Shown: positions 62,701-64,000 of the stretch, piece after piece
Numbering within the stretch: position 1 is the stretch's first letter
Layout of the letters: every line of letters begins with the position of its first letter
Assembly (NCBI GenBank): GCA_020184695.1
Contig: JAANOX010000042.1
Coordinates: 248,001-312,000 of the forward strand
DNA length: 64,000 bases
Origin: Histomonas meleagridis 2922-C6/04-290x
Taxonomy: Eukaryota > Protista > Parabasalia
Reading direction: 5' to 3'
Notes under the pieces: generated by a model
Database searches by the model: none
What the model was told of the DNA's origin: nothing
The model's input: the letters and a program-made list of their open reading frames with translations, nothing else
Translations under genes and position numbers: made by a program

Positions 62701-64000
62701 AAAAACGCTTTCAATTTATTCAATGGTTTATAATTACATCAAGTTTTCAAGTTCTGAAAATGATTTTGAAAGCATATTCAATAATTTCAATGTAATTGAT
62801 TCGTTTTCCACAAAATTTGTTAACTTGATTCTCGAGGTTGAAATGACGAAAAAAACACAAATTTATGAGTTAAATGATTACTTTTTCATATTATTGTTTT
62901 ATCCAATCGAAACATCAAATTTAGTTATCTCAAATATATTAAAATTATGTCAAAGCATTGAATTTGTCGAGAAAAATATTTACGTTTTATCGCATGTTTT
63001 CGAACGTTTTGTTAATAACGAAGAAATATGGGAAGAAGTACTTAAATTATTATTAAATAATTCGAACTTTAAATTCAGCCAAAAAATCGATTCCAAAAAT
63101 ATAAATATTCAGCAACAATTTTTACCGATTTTATTTTCTATGACAAAAGCATTGTTTAAAGAGCCATTTAACTCAACGAATCCATTTCTCAAAAAGATAT
63201 TAGCATTAACAAATGAAATCATTATACAAAGTAGTGACAAGTTATTAATGAATTCAAATTTAAAACATTTTCGTAATTTCATTATGGGCACAGCCATAAA
63301 TTCACATGAGTTAAACCTAAAAGAAATTAATATAAAAAATTCAAATGAATTTTTGATTAAATTACAAAAAATTTATAATTACCCATTAAATGTTTCTTAT
63401 ATTTCTTTCATCTCAGAGTTGTTAATTGGTATATTAATATATCAAGTGAATTATCCTGAAACATTTTTAGAAATAATTAAATGCATGTTATTCATCCAGA
63501 ACTCTATCGGTGTTTTAACGGTTTCCTTATTTAAACGTTTACAATTTACAAAGTGTAATCCAAAAGTTTACGAGATTTTGAATGATTTACTTCTGTACGT
63601 TTATAAAAAAATGCCATATGAAATTCATGGCGATTCAATTATTGAGGCATTATTAACATTTTGTGGTAATAATTCGGTTCGATTTAAATCCTTTCAAAGT
63701 TTCTTTTGTTTAACGTTCCATAAATTTCATGAAAAGAATCAAATCGAACTGTTTAATTTATATGACAAATACATTAATTCAATGCAAATCAATGACATAA
63801 AAATTGTGATTTTATTATATTATCCAATAAATTTAAATATATTAATCGGAAACAAATTTTGGGTGAATTTATATGATAAACTATTGTGTTATTATAAGAA
63901 AATGCCTAAAATAAATCGACCGATTTTGTTTCAGAATGAAAATAATTTTAATGATATAATCAAAAGTCCAAACATCAATGAAATTCAAACATTTTTAGAG
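59732..64000 (+). CDS. Large helical protein, >1423 aa, truncated by the window edge (possibly BEACH-family N-terminal half)
   Basis: ATG at 59732 (MFRTKNSISDLIK). The frame was open over the first ~1.2 kb, at spot checks near 61.8 and 62.0 kb, and in the last codons (KSPNINEIQTFLE); it was not read codon by codon throughout. It is absent from the ORF track, as expected for an ORF with no stop in the window. The BEACH assignment is only a guess from size and architecture. Confidence 0.75.
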   Translation, partial: MFRTKNSISDLIKNSLNSNSLIISSVDFHKLKDEDRNHYLTVKLGQIIDILHKNSITKKERESITIFFNIFQENYQLILPNEINNSLIFLSLYPHHFTDGTSLSESFIPLYDFCLKKLFEDKKIDPDFLTLMKQAMIPLFNSEQFCLFLIRKGIFFNTLSSLISNNNPTIINETIFYLFSTECFIEVLSKLNAPQVIYDIYVFVFYSDVKYPLTNKIELIIFVTTLIYKLSLKNVETIPFLVYYKFLDQLNQFFIKSESPIYIQVYDLLLKSTLLSDASNEQIIIYLNIIYKDKNEPEENVKKTLEYLIEKKKDPLFNSNKSLFNVKDWYFYRIIESKDLFNTFLLFLSESVNDNYESIKSVTELIIFDSKPSKKNNKIQYNEIFNWFMNLAVSKYNEFFDGNIFVQEIIIQQTPEDLSFLLNNYVNFKKLLKCIINMQYESVETIEFVNSIYSIMKINVNLFETYFKEIIILMFSMNFVKYLFNIFEEELSQKIIQILSEKYPKKLLNYFKCLNLLDLIQSKIEKSTKISLAILPIINLIVLQTDDHFFDEWVLKQPTNSSIFKLKDNDISKYVILNNSQILIPSLIPLCKITKIKYKYDLYLLSYYAMPIYRKLNFLPKDIPFIDQIFSYYFRVEDIIYILKKDKTLLNCFVKGKTLAFSFYEMIPNKEPQWITLKTKDYTLLSFKISIRKLPRIKMPLFYINNLEFSILNKTLIDENEKVLTTIQILKWNIFTFHFNTFKQILSFYLNENCVYTISTNHFTFNSIGSPKQSPIVSYLIAQSMVISNSYEYKELEFSEQNAAEYFQYNSFVKLIPCSTSIFNSKSIISYLFKKFKKLKDQELINEFALFLCKIATLYPINYYYFFRCFQQSLIIQAKKCKLIYLFSIIQVINSLNDNILRNNLFYELFQNLKFWSSLEIETLNEFLLYLSGEYSTILVNSIDFNYISNNSFLKFYFYLLCYFKKDNIFIDSLLKFLRIICMNVNINHLKTLSIYSMVYNYIKFSSSENDFESIFNNFNVIDSFSTKFVNLILEVEMTKKTQIYELNDYFFILLFYPIETSNLVISNILKLCQSIEFVEKNIYVLSHVFERFVNNEEIWEEVLKLLLNNSNFKFSQKIDSKNINIQQQFLPILFSMTKALFKEPFNSTNPFLKKILALTNEIIIQSSDKLLMNSNLKHFRNFIMGTAINSHELNLKEINIKNSNEFLIKLQKIYNYPLNVSYISFISELLIGILIYQVNYPETFLEIIKCMLFIQNSIGVLTVSLFKRLQFTKCNPKVYEILNDLLLYVYKKMPYEIHGDSIIEALLTFCGNNSVRFKSFQSFFCLTFHKFHEKNQIELFNLYDKYINSMQINDIKIVILLYYPINLNILIGNKFWVNLYDKLLCYYKKMPKINRPILFQNENNFNDIIKSPNINEIQTFLE

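Overview
AT-rich, gene-dense eukaryotic DNA, most consistent with a trichomonad (Parabasalia). This is an inference from DUF3447-ankyrin genes, BspA-type LRR surface proteins, a Tim17-family protein, very short intergenic regions and no visible canonical introns. I find about 31 protein-coding loci: housekeeping genes (glycerol kinase, Vps22, Sec24, Arf/Arl, E2F, PH-AGC kinase, ALG1-like, MED12-like, Atg13-like), surface proteins (two BspA, two other type-I membrane proteins), a NEK-GTPase fusion pseudogene and an open >1400-codon ORF running off the right edge. No rRNA, tRNA, CRISPR array or intact transposon was seen. The outstanding feature is at three dispersed DUF3447-ankyrin genes (5.5-7.5 kb, 22.4-25.3 kb, 50.6-52.7 kb). 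Each continues as a ~170-bp-period array in which 90-nt modules, each coding 30 aa of one ankyrin repeat, alternate with a homologous ~80-nt AT-rich spacer. The spacer breaks the frame, carries stops and lacks trichomonad GT...ACTAACACACAG splice signals. The modules look protein-constrained, and modules behind shortened spacers have decayed. This points to an unrecognised spacer-removal mechanism (non-canonical splicing or bypass), which needs RNA or protein data to test.
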